Shown here piece after piece: positions 13,385 through 23,987 of a DNA stretch of 64,000 bases. The position numbers and the translations under genes were made by a program. Source of the DNA: Malacoraja senta (taxonomy: Eukaryota); the NCBI GenBank assembly GCA_038087875.1, contig CM075990.1, positions 1,366,001 to 1,430,000 on the forward strand. Reading direction: 5' to 3'. The notes below the pieces were generated by a model. The model searched no databases and was not told the DNA's origin. It saw only the letters and a program-made list of their open reading frames with translations. Position 1 is the stretch's first letter, and each line of letters starts with the position of its first letter.

Positions 13385-14677
13385 TTGCTTCCGGTTCGGG
13401 ATTTTTGGTTACCTTTCAGCATCGGACTTCGGGAGAACATGTCCAAGGTAAAGAGGCGGGCGGCGACGAAACCGTCTACGGAAGACCGCGGGTCTGCGGG
13501 CAGCGGGCGGCCGCCAAATTCACCTTCAGGGTCGCAGGCAGAGGAGCCAGCTGCTACAGACCTGGTGCTGCCAGAAAGCGCCTTGGCTAATCCGCGAGGG
13601 AGGAAAGCCATCAGAAAGTCTGTTTGGGCCCTGGACTCAGATGAGTCAGGCCAGGAGGTGGAAATTTCCCCTCCTTCTATGGGCAGTGTTATTGGCAGGC
13701 TGGCCCACATGGAGAACCTGGTGGAGAGGTTGCTCCAAAGAGATATGCTCCATAGGAGGGAGCTATCGGAGCCCGGGGATTACAGAGAACCCGAGGCAGC
13801 GGCACCTGTGTCAGGGCTGCAGAATATCTTCCTCTCTGATGAGGGGAGCGTACGAGGCCAGTGTTATACTGACCCAGAGTACGGAGGCACAGTTGGGCAG
13901 CATGCTTCATGGCATGAGGGGAAAACATCGGATGTACCCCCTATGGCATCCAGATTTGCTATCCCTGCCCTAACAGGGGAGCTATTGGGAGAAGAGCTCG
14001 CCATGAGCATAAATTATCTGGCCTCCCATCAACTCCAAGACCAAACTATGGAGGAAACTACAGCCAAGTATAATACTCCACTGAACTGTGCCTCACTAAG
14101 TGTCCCGGTTGTAAACTAGTCTATCTGGGTACACATTAGAAGGGGCGTCAGAGCCCAAGAGGTTAAAATTCAAAATATTCTCCGGCACCTTGCCTCAGGC
14201 ATCACGGCCTTTGCCAGGTCAGTGGATGGGGTGCCCCTCTCTGATATCCAGTAGGACGCGATGGCATTAATGTGCAATACACATATTGAAATTAATTGCC
14301 TCAGGAAGAATGCCATCCGTCCTGCACTAAACCCAAAATTTGCTGGGCTGTGCAAGCCGGGGAATGTCCAACCCCCAAACCTCCTGTTCGGAAAAGACCT
14401 GCCTGAACAGGTAAAGGAGCTGGATGAGGAGGCTAAAACCGTCGGCCTTATCAAGGCACCTCCCAAGGTATCATCTTTCCGGCGACAGTACCCCTACCCT
14501 CCTCTCCACACCAGACGGTTCGCCGGATATGGTGGACGTGGTTCCGAGCAACAGGCACAGAAGCCTTTTTTAGGGCAGGGCCCAAGCCGGGCCATGTTCA
14601 AGATGCGGGGATGGCGTCCTCCAACAGACCTACCCCCCAGACCTCGGGGGCAGAATCAGAGACCATACCGCCGGTAA
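13385..14677 (+). pseudogene. DIRS gag-like ORF1, broken by stops
   Basis: Same-frame ORFs 13385..14119 and 14261..14677 (PLNCASLSVPVVN, LRKNAIRPALN, LLFGKDL) in the gag position. Confidence 0.7.
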
Positions 14678-14709
14678 CCACTAAGGTAAGTGAGCCTGCG
14701 ATAGATCAG

Positions 14710-16130
14710 TTACAAGTTGGGGGGAGATTACAATTTGTCTTACATGAATGGCATTGGATAACATCTGACCCGTTTATACTGCACAGCATACAAGGTTTCG
14801 AAATTGAGTTCATTTCTGACTCGCCTCCACCTAGCCGCACTTTTGTGGTTTCACAACAGGAGTGTATGAGTGCACAAGGAGAAATTGAGTAGTTGCTCAA
14901 GAAAGGGGTAATTGAGAGGTCGAGTCGTGAGCCTCACCAGTTTGTGTCCAACATATTTACTAGGCAAAAGAAGGATGGAGGATGTCGAATTATCCTTGAT
15001 TTAAAAGAGCTTAACACCTTTGTGCAGTATAAACACTTAAAAATGGAAACTTTTGTCTGCCAAATAACTGCTTTTCAAGGCATGCCACGCGGCAGGCATT
15101 GACCTCAAAGATGCTTACTATTCAGTGGCCATTCATGAAGATCACAGGAGATTTTTGAAGTTTAACTGGATGGAGCAGTTGTGGCCGTTTAAAGCATTGC
15201 CTAATGGATTAACCTCAGCCCCCAGACTATTCACTAAATTGCTAAAACCAGTCCTGGGGCTACTCAGGGCACAGAATCATATAGTATGGTCATATTTGGA
15301 CGACATCTTAGTCATTGGGAGGACTTTGGAATTAGCTGAATTATCTGTGTCAGCTACAAAACTCATTTTTGAAAAACTGGGGTTCTTAACCCATCCACTT
15401 TAAATTGGTACCATCTACAATAATTAACTATTTGGGATTCACCATTAACTCAGTACACATGTCAGTGATTCTGCCTCGGGGCAAGGAATTAGAGTTAATT
15501 GAAGCCTGCAGGAAACTCATTGTTAATAATCAACCTTCTATTAGACATGTGGCTAGTGTAATTGGAAAATTAGTAGCTGCTTTCCCAGCTGCTCAGTTTG
15601 GGCCTTTGTACTACCAAAACTTAAAGCGTGCAAAGGAACAGGCACTCAAGCTTCATAGAGGTCGCTTGGATAGACCCATGCAATTGCCAGCTGAAGCCCT
15701 GGCTGAGTTACAATGGTGGGTTACCAATATTCAGTATTGTTCTAGTACTATATTAGTCGATACACCATCAGTTATCCTGCAGACTGATGCCAGAGCGCTA
15801 GGTCGGGGTGCTACCGACACCGTCTCGAGCTACGGTGGCAAATGGGATCTGCAGGAATCATCGATGCTTCAGTCACACGGTATTAACTACTTAGAGCTGT
15901 TGGGAGCACTCTATGGGGTAAAGGCTTTTTGTACCAACATGCATCATGTGCATGTCCAACTTCAGATTGACAACACTACAGCAGTAGCGTACATTAATCA
16001 CATAGGTAGAAGTAAGTATGTATCCTATGATAAATTGTCTAATCTCATCTGGCACTGGTGTATTGCGAGAAACATCTGGGTTTCAGCTATCTACTTACCA
16101 GGTGGCAGACACCAGGTCACGAGAGTTTAA
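14710..16130 (+). pseudogene. DIRS reverse transcriptase / RNase H, frameshifted
   Basis: VGGRLQF..W, CRIILDLKELN, ALPNGLTSAPRLFTK, SYLDDIL, LQTDA, INYLEL, IDNTTAVAYIN. Confidence 0.92.
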
Positions 16131-16557
16131 TGACAACAAAGAATGGATGTTGAATCACGAAGTGTTTAATGACATTGTCCTTCGTTATGGTGTACCGGAC
16201 ATTGATCTGTTTGCTTCCAGGCTTAATCATGAGTTACCAATTTACGTGTCATGGGAGCCAGACCCAGGGGCAGTAGCAGTAGATGCATTCTCGCTACACT
16301 GGGGTGGAAATTTGCTGTATGTTTTTCCCCCATTCTGCCTCATTAGTCGATGTTTGGCCAAAATCAAGCAAGACTCCGCCTCTGGCATATTGGTAGTACT
16401 AGACTGGCCTACTCAGCATTGGTTCCTACTGGTTCTAGCTTTAATTACACAGCCTTTTATGGCAGTGTCCAAGAGCAGAAATCTGCTGGTACACCCGGTG
16501 ACAGGGGAAAACCACCCACTTCATGACCGTATAAATGTATTGGTTTGCAGATTCTGA
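16130..16557 (+). pseudogene. DIRS DNA adenine methyltransferase-like domain
   Basis: EW..IDLFASRLN...VDAFSLHW..LYVFPPF, the MT domain that follows RNase H in DIRS1 elements. Confidence 0.85.
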
Positions 16558-17480
16558 GGAGACCATTCCTGGGGCTCGGGCTTTCAGATCGTACGATAGA
16601 TGTCATCACTGCGGCCTGGAGGAAGAGCACCCAGATACAGTACATCACTCACATAAGGAAATGGGAGATGTACTGTTCCCGCTCTAATATTTCATATGAC
16701 ACGGCTTCTGTCACGGACGTTTTGGAGTTTCTTTCGTCACTTTTCTATGATCACAGGCTCAGTTACAGTGCCATTAACAGTGCCAGGAGCGCTTTGTCAT
16801 CTTATTTATGGCTGGGGTCAGGGAACCACACGGTAGGATCTCACCCTTTAATAACAAAGTTTATGAAGGGCATTTTTAACTCCACTCCCCCTAGGCCCAG
16901 GTATTCACAAATATGGGATATGAGTGTGGTTCTCACGCTGCTCCGTCAGTGGGCACCAGCTTCATCTCTGTCTCTGCACCATCTTACACTTAAAGTAGTC
17001 ATGCTCATGGCGCTGGCCTCAGCACAACGGGTCCAGACATTACATAAACTCAGACTGGACAGTATGGGTACATCTTGTAATAACATCACCTTTTTTGTTC
17101 ATGACCTCATTAAGCAGAGCAGGCCAGGGATGTTGGGGCTCAAATTGAGTTTTATGGCATACCCCTCAGACCCAGGATTGTGTGTGGTGTCACACATACT
17201 TCAATACATAAAGGTCACTATAAGCCTGAGAGGCTCGGAACTCTCCTTCTTTGTAAGTTATACCAATCTTTATAAAAAGGTTACGGTGCAGACCATCTAT
17301 AAATGGATTAAACAGGTTCTGGCGTGTGCAGGAGTGAACACTTACACTTTTAAACCTCATTCCACCAGGGGCTGCATCGACATCAGCAGCAAGGGATATG
17401 GTCGTGCGGGATGGTCAAATGAGCGGAGGTACCAAAGGTTTTATAACAAGCCTATCGCCAGACCCTTTTTTTTTGGCTGA
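16545..17480 (+). CDS. DIRS tyrosine recombinase (lambda-integrase family); the C-terminus after HSTR looks frameshifted or deleted
   Basis: 311-aa ORF: LSYSAINSARSALS, HPLITKFMKG, MALASAQRVQTL (catalytic R), FKPHSTR, GWS..F. Confidence 0.88.
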   Translation: MQILRRPFLGLGLSDRTIDVITAAWRKSTQIQYITHIRKWEMYCSRSNISYDTASVTDVLEFLSSLFYDHRLSYSAINSARSALSSYLWLGSGNHTVGSHPLITKFMKGIFNSTPPRPRYSQIWDMSVVLTLLRQWAPASSLSLHHLTLKVVMLMALASAQRVQTLHKLRLDSMGTSCNNITFFVHDLIKQSRPGMLGLKLSFMAYPSDPGLCVVSHILQYIKVTISLRGSELSFFVSYTNLYKKVTVQTIYKWIKQVLACAGVNTYTFKPHSTRGCIDISSKGYGRAGWSNERRYQRFYNKPIARPFFFG

Positions 17481-18519
17481 TTCTGTTTTAAGTTCTGTTT
17501 CACATTTTCCCCCTGGGTGAGAGGGGTCACTGTTATTGTTCTTTTGTTATTAAAGCATCAGTATTGTTTAACCATGTAATGTTTGAATGCATTCATATTG
17601 TTCTCACTCGTCCTGGTCAATTGATGCAGTTGTGACGCGTGGACTCGTTCCTCAGCATGAAATCACAGAGCTTCAAAATCTTCACGTAGTCACTCACGTG
17701 ACTCCGAAGTAAAATAGTAAGATTAAACGAGAACTTACCAGTTGGAAGTTTTATCTTTATTTTATGAGGTGTTACGATGAGCGATTACGTGCCATCCGCT
17801 CCCGACACTCGGAACGTAAAGATCTTTCTGTAAGTTCCAGTCAACTCTAATCTTACTATTTTAGTTCAACAACTCTTCTCTGTGATTTCACACCGCTGCT
17901 TTGAAGATTGACGCGCGTGCGTGGTGACGGTCTTCTTTACTTAATCGCTCATCGTAACTCCTCATAAAATAAAGATCAAACTTCAAACTGGTAAGTTCTC
18001 GTTGAATCTTACTATTTTCAACTTGATGCAGGCCTGTAAGTTCCAGTCCTCGTCACCAGTTTTGAAGTTTTGAAACTGTAGATCCTTCAAACACTATAGC
18101 CATTCAACGTTAGACTTTGCCATCACAAAGAGCACAATATAACTGAAAGCGTTAGAAATTAGTGATAAGTGAATATAACAGCCGAACGACTGAGTTAAAG
18201 AAGGAATGAATAAATGAATAGATCTATCAATCAATAATTTAATCAATAAATGGGGAAACCAAATCAATATTAAGGAGGGACCGGGAGATAGATGGAACGA
18301 CCCGACATTTTTATAGATACACCGTCAGACCTACATTTCTGGTTAAAGGTATTCAGTCTCTGAATGCAAATGCAGCATTTAGACATGAAAATATAAAAAC
18401 AAACTGTGCACACATGCACAAGAATTAAATCTCGTGCACTTAAATGTAACGTTGAAGTTCAAGTTAGAAATAAAATATCAAACCTACAGAAACGCTTCGC
18501 GAAGAAGAAGGGGCAGAAC

Positions 18520-18792
18520 AGGCGGCAAGGTGGCGCAGTGGTAGATTTACTATCTTACAGCGCAGCGCTTGCAGCACCGGAGACCCGTCATATATCCCGA
18601 TTACGGGTGCTACCTGTACACAGTTTGTACGTTCTCCCCGTGACCTCGTGGATTTTGTCCGCGATCTCGGTTTCCTCACACTCTCCAAAGACGGACAGGT
18701 AATTCGGTCCATTGGCTGGGTATAAGTGTAAATTGGCCCAAATGTGTGCAGGATGGTTTTAATGTGCGGGGATCGCTGGTCAGTGCGGACTA
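18520..18792 (+). mobile_element. tRNA-derived V-SINE (HE1-like)
   Basis: A-box GGTGGCGCAGTGG, decayed B-box, V-domain-like core GTTTGTACGTTCTCCCCGTG...GGTTTCCTC..CCAAAGAC. Confidence 0.75.
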
Positions 18793-19146
18793 TGAAGAGA
18801 TGCAGGAAGTAATTTATTGAAACAAATTAGAAACAGGTAGTTGAGCAGCAAATGGCGCTGCTGGGTATCACGGAAGAGGACGTCGAACTGTAAAAACGTG
18901 GCTCAAAATGGCAGAGTGCAGTTGCATGGAATCCGCCGCCAATCCCCCTAAACCAAAGAGGGGGCTTGAGAGATTGTGGAGGGATTAGTTGTGATCTTTC
19001 AGATTCACAAGTGTCGGGAGTGGTTCCAGACGAATAGAAAATTGCCAATATTTGTACTAGAAGGGACTAGAAGTGTAGTTGAAGTGTTGTGTAATACACC
19101 TGATTTGATAAGGGAACTTGAGGTTAAGGAGCCATTAGGAGGTAGT

Positions 19147-20303
19147 GGCGGCGCCTAGTGGCTGCGGTTCACCTGCAGTCCGTCTGTCTTTTTTCTTTTT
19201 TTTGGTCTTGTTAGGAGTATGTTTTTGGTTTATTTTTAGTTGTGTATATGTGTGTGTGTGTGTGTGTGCGTGTGTGGGGGGGGGGGGGGTTGGAGGGAGT
19301 GGGGGGTGGAGGGAGGGGTGGGCGGTGAACTTTTTAATCTCTTCCTTTGACGGAGACGCGACCTTTTCCTTGACGTGTCTCCGTTTCGCTGGGGTCTAAC
19401 ATCGTGGAGCTGGCGGCCTCCAATCGGAATCGACCTGAGGGCTCCAGTCGTAGAGCCTGCGGACTTACTTACCATCACGGTAGACAAAAATGCTGGAGAA
19501 ACTCAGCGGGTGAAGCAGCATTTATGGAGCGAAGGCAACGTTTCGGGCCGAAACCCTTCTTCAGACTGATGCAGGTTGGGGGGGGGGGGGGGGGGGAGAA
19601 GAAAGGAAGAGGAGGAGCCAGAGGGCTGAGGGAGAGCTGAGAAGGGGAGGAGACAGCAAGGGCTACCGGAAATTGGAGAAGTCACTGTTCAAGCCGCTGA
19701 GGTGCAGAGTGCCCAAGCGGAATATGAGGTGCTGACCCTCCAATTTCCGATGGTGCTCACCCTGGAAATGGAGGAGGCCCAGCGGAGCTGGCTGACTCGG
19801 AGGCTGTGGTGGCATGGCGGCTGCGGCCCGATTTCGGAACTTCGGAGGCTTCGGCCGCAGGCCCTGCGGAGGGTAAAGTCGGGAGCTCACAGATCCCTGG
19901 TAGGAGACCGGTTTTCTGGAGCTCCCGCAACGGCAACTTCACCCGCCCCGAATCGCGGGGTTTGAATCGCGGTGTCGCTGGGCCTTACATCGCCGGCGCG
20001 ACTTAATCCGCTGCGGGACTTACCAAGGCCCGCCGGGGGCTTTAACATCCTGAGCCTCGATCGCCTCGACGCAGCAGTTTGACTGCCTGACCGTCGGGAG
20101 CAGAACAGAGAACAGAGAAGAAATAAGTATTTTGCCTTCCATCACAGTGAGGAGGTGTTTGGAGATTCACTTTGATGGATGTTTGTGTGGAACTGTGCTA
20201 ACTGTGTGTTGTGTTTATTTTGCTATTATGACTGCAGGGAACGAAATATAGTTCAAACCTTTGTTTGTTTGAATGACAATAAAGCATTCATAATTCTAAT
20301 TCT
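19147..20303 (+). mobile_element. GC-rich non-autonomous retroelement, interrupted by a Penelope pLTR
   Basis: Same architecture as 32355-33100, 38035-38965 and 55038-55895; AATAAA plus an (AATTCT)n tail. Confidence 0.6.
19480..19790 (-). mobile_element. Penelope pLTR fragment with a hammerhead core at 19536-19564
   Basis: Reverse complement of the Penelope 3' end (HRKLEGQHLIFRLG); the minus strand reads CTGAAGAAGGGTTTCGGCCCGAAACGTTG. Confidence 0.85.
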
Positions 20304-22135
20304 AGTGACCATAATATAAATTGTAATCTACAATTTTAGAGCGAGAAGCTAAATCGGAGGTCTCCCTGTTACAGTTGATCAAAGGGGACTATGCAGCCAT
20401 GAGGGAGGAGCTCGCCAAAGTTGACTGGAAAGTTACCCTAGCAGGGATGACAGTGGAACAACAATGGCAGGTATGTCTGGGAATAATACAGAAGGTGCAG
20501 GGTCAGTTCATTCCAAAGAGGAAGAAAGATTCCAAGGGGAATAAAGGGCGACCGTGGCTGACAAGGGAAGTCGGGGACAGTATAAAAATAAAAGAGAAGA
20601 ATTACAACGTGGAAAAGATGAGCGGGAAGCAAGAGGATTTGGGTAATATTTAAAGAGCAACAGAAGATAACAAAAAGGCAATACGGGCAGAAAAGATGAG
20701 GTACGAAGGTAAGCTAGCCAATAATATAAAGGTGGATAGTAAAAGATTATTTACGTATGTGAAGAGGAAAAAATAGTTAAGGCCAAATTTAGACCCTTGA
20801 AGACTGAAAAAGTTGAGCAAAGATATGGCAGACGAGTTGAAGAGGTACTTTGGATCCGTCTTCACTAAGGAGGACACAAACAATCTTCCTAATGTACTAG
20901 TGGCCAGAGGATCTGAGGTGACGGAGGAACTGAAGGAAATCCACATTAGGCAGGAAATGGTGTTGAGTAGACTCATGGGACTAAAGGCTGATAAATCCCC
21001 ATCGCCTGATTGTCTGCATCCCAAGGTAATTCAGGAAGTGGCTCTAGAAATCGTGGATTCATTGGTGATCATTTTCCAATGTTCTATACATTCAGGATCA
21101 GTTCCTGTGGATTGGAGGGTAGCTAATGTTATCCCTCTTTTAAAGGAAGGCGGGAGAGAGAAAACAGGGAATTATAGACCAGTTAGCCTGACATGTGGAA
21201 GGTGCTGGAGTTAATAATAAAAGATGAAATAGCGGCACATTTGGAAAGCAGTAACAGGATCGTTCCGAGTAAGCATGGATTTACGAAGGGGAAATCATAC
21301 TTGACTAATCTTCTGGAATTTTTTGAGGATGTAACTTGGAAAATGGACAAGGGAGAGCCAGTGGATGTAGTGTACCTGGACTTTCAGAAAGCATTTGATA
21401 AGGTCCCACATAGGAGATTAATGGGCAAAATTAGGGCACATGGTTCTGGGGGTGGAGTGCTGACATCGATTGAAAATTGGTTGGCAGACAGGAAACAAAG
21501 AGTAAGGATTAAGGGGTCCCTTTCAGAATGGCAGGCAGTGACTAGTGGGGTACTGCAAGGCTCGGTGCTGGGACCGGAGCTATTTACATTATACATCAAT
21601 TATTTAGATAAATGGATTCAAAGTAACGTTAGCAAATTTGCAGATGACACAAAGCTGGGTGGCAGTGTGAACTGTGAGGAGGAAGCTATGAGAATTCAGG
21701 GTGACTTGGACAGGTTGGGTGAGTGGGCAGATGTATGGCAGATGCAGTTTAATGTGGATACATGTGAGGTTATCCAATTTGATAGCAAAAACAGGAACGC
21801 AGATTATTATCTAAATGGTGTCAAATTGGGAAAAGGAGAGGCACATCGAGATCTGGGGGGTCCTTGTTCATCAGTCAATGAAAGTAAGCATGCAGGTGCA
21901 GGTGCAGCAGGCAGTGAAGAAAGCGAATGGCATGTTGACCTTCATAACAAGAGGAGTTGAGTATAGAAGCAAAGAGGTCCTTCTGCAGTTGAACAGGGCC
22001 CTACTGAGACCACACCTGGAGTATTCTGTGCAGTTCTGGTCCCCTAATGGGAGGAAGGACATCCTTACATTGAATGGCGGTGCTGCCTCGAAGGGCCGAA
22101 TGGCCTACTCCTGCACCTATTGTCTATTGTCTATA
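20304..22135 (+). mobile_element. CR1 LINE, 5'-truncated, decayed ORF2
   Basis: [50 protein letters not shown]; jumps to the 3' UTR with a (CTATTGT)n tail. Confidence 0.93.
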
Positions 22136-22136
22136 T

Positions 22137-22477
22137 ATTTCCCTGTTATCTCTCTCCCGCCTTTTCTTAAAACGTGGGATTACATTAGCTACCCTCCAAT
22201 CCACAGGAACTGATCCTGAATCTATAGAACATTGTAAAATGAACACCAATGCGTCCCCGATTTGTAGAGCCACTTCCTTATGTACCCTTGGATGCAGACC
22301 ATTAGGCCTGTGCATTTATCAGCCTTCAGTCCCATCAGTCTACGCAGCACCATTTCCTGCCTACTGTGGATTTCCTTCAGTTCCTCCGTCACCCCAGATC
22401 CTCTGGCCACGAGTACATCAGGAAGATTGTTTGTCTCCTCCTTAGTGAAGACGGATCCAAAGTACCTGTTCAACTCA
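22137..22477 (-). mobile_element. Inverted CR1 internal fragment
   Basis: Reverse-complement similarity to about 20835-21175 (RYFGSVFTKEETNNLP; DSGSVPVDWRVANVIP). Confidence 0.85.
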
Positions 22478-22849
22478 GAATCCTGATAACAGATTGGAAG
22501 AAGGTATTCTGAGTCTGGTGTTATGTGCTTTAAAGCAGTTGTATATTCTGCGCGATGGAAGCAGGGAAAGACCAAGCTGTTGAAAGGATCCCGGATTATG
22601 GTATCTGCATCTCCCCATTACGGTGAAATATAGATGGAGTCAATGGTGGGGATTCGGGTCTGTGCGATATATTGGACGATATTCTCAATGCTCTGCAAAC
22701 TCTTGCGGTAAGGGGCGGCGCTGTTCCTCAACTAATTTGTGATGCAGCTCGCTTGCGTGGAATACTGCTTTTCTGTCTGTGACACGTGGAGTCCTTGACC
22801 GATTGGTGTTGTGTCTACTGCTGTTTGTTAACCGTATCACCGACAAGTA

Positions 22850-23490
22850 CATAGTTTCACGAAAGTGATGCCGCAGCTAGATAGGTTGGTTAAAACGTAT
22901 TTTGGTGCATTGGCGATTATATAGGGAATTGTGTACATAAGTGGAACCTTACGATGCAGTTGTACAAGACATTGAAGGACCGCACCTGTTGTATTTTGTG
23001 CAGTATTGGACACCCAGCAGAGTAAAGTTGCCGTGAAGCTGAAAAGAGCGCAGACAAGATTTCTGAAGATATTTTCGGGACTCAAAGTTCCAAGCCCGGG
23101 GATGCACGCTAGGAGTTTATTCCATGAAGTGCAGGAGGTTGATGGGCAATCTTATTAAATTATGAGGGAAATAGTTATGGTGAAAGTATGGAATCTTTTT
23201 CCCAGGGTAGGAGAATCAAATACTGGAGGACATCAATTTAAAGTGAGAGCGGCAAGATTTAAGAGAATTTGAGGTGCAACGTTTTATTGAGTGGTGGGCA
23301 TATGGAATGAACTGCCAGAAGAAGAATTTGAAATACCGCATTAAAACGACATTTGGATAGGTGCTTAGACATGAATGGTTTAGATGTATACGTGTGAAAC
23401 AAAAGAGACCAGATTATTTGAGGCATCTTGATCGGAACGGACGAGTTGGAAGAAGGGCCAGTTTCTGAGATGTTTGTCTTGGTGAATCTA
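22850..23490 (+). mobile_element. Old CR1 3' fragment
   Basis: Decayed match to the CR1 ORF2 end and UTR (GACCGCACCTG..TATTTTGTGCAGT; GAAGGGCCAGTTTC). Confidence 0.65.
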
Positions 23491-23903
23491 CCTTTATAAA
23501 TCTACAGTGTCATCCACCAGAACTTTAAGCCTCCATATCGGCGTAATGTTTTCCTGCTATTAAGACTGTATTCATTCCGAGCAAACTAGAGAGAGAACGG
23601 CGGAGAGAAGTGGTCAATTCAGACGCAGAGCGAAATAAATTATTTTTAAAAAAAACAATCAGATAAACAGTGGGATGGATGGATGATGTGATGGTGTTTG
23701 AAGCATTGAGGGAAAAATCATATCCCACTTTTTCTCCCATCACCATGATCCGATTTTCCGAATTTCTAAATTCACTGTCAGAGCTAAATAAAGTCTGGTC
23801 CTGCGGATGCTCCCCACAGTTGTCGTCATCTGTACACCCGGTTCAATGGAATACCTATTTATAACTGTTGTCATTTCCACGTTCCAGTGGAGACTCGTGG
23901 CAG

Positions 23904-23910
23904 TATAAAA
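23904..23910 (+). promoter_or_regulatory. Candidate TATA box for GPCR copy 2
   Basis: TATAAAA 84 nt upstream of the exon-1 ATG at 23988. Confidence 0.4.
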
Positions 23911-23987
23911 ACACTATAGAAGTGTCAACTGAAACTTTGCTGGAGGGTTATCCTGCCACATAACTGTATACACCTGTTACTGCAGAA

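Larger units (their letters stand above)
13231..18018 (+). mobile_element. DIRS1-type tyrosine-recombinase retrotransposon, full length, coding-disabled
   Basis: Gene order gag-like, RT/RNase H, methyltransferase-like, YR; inverted terminal repeats and an internal complementary region; ATTTT at both ends. Confidence 0.95.
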
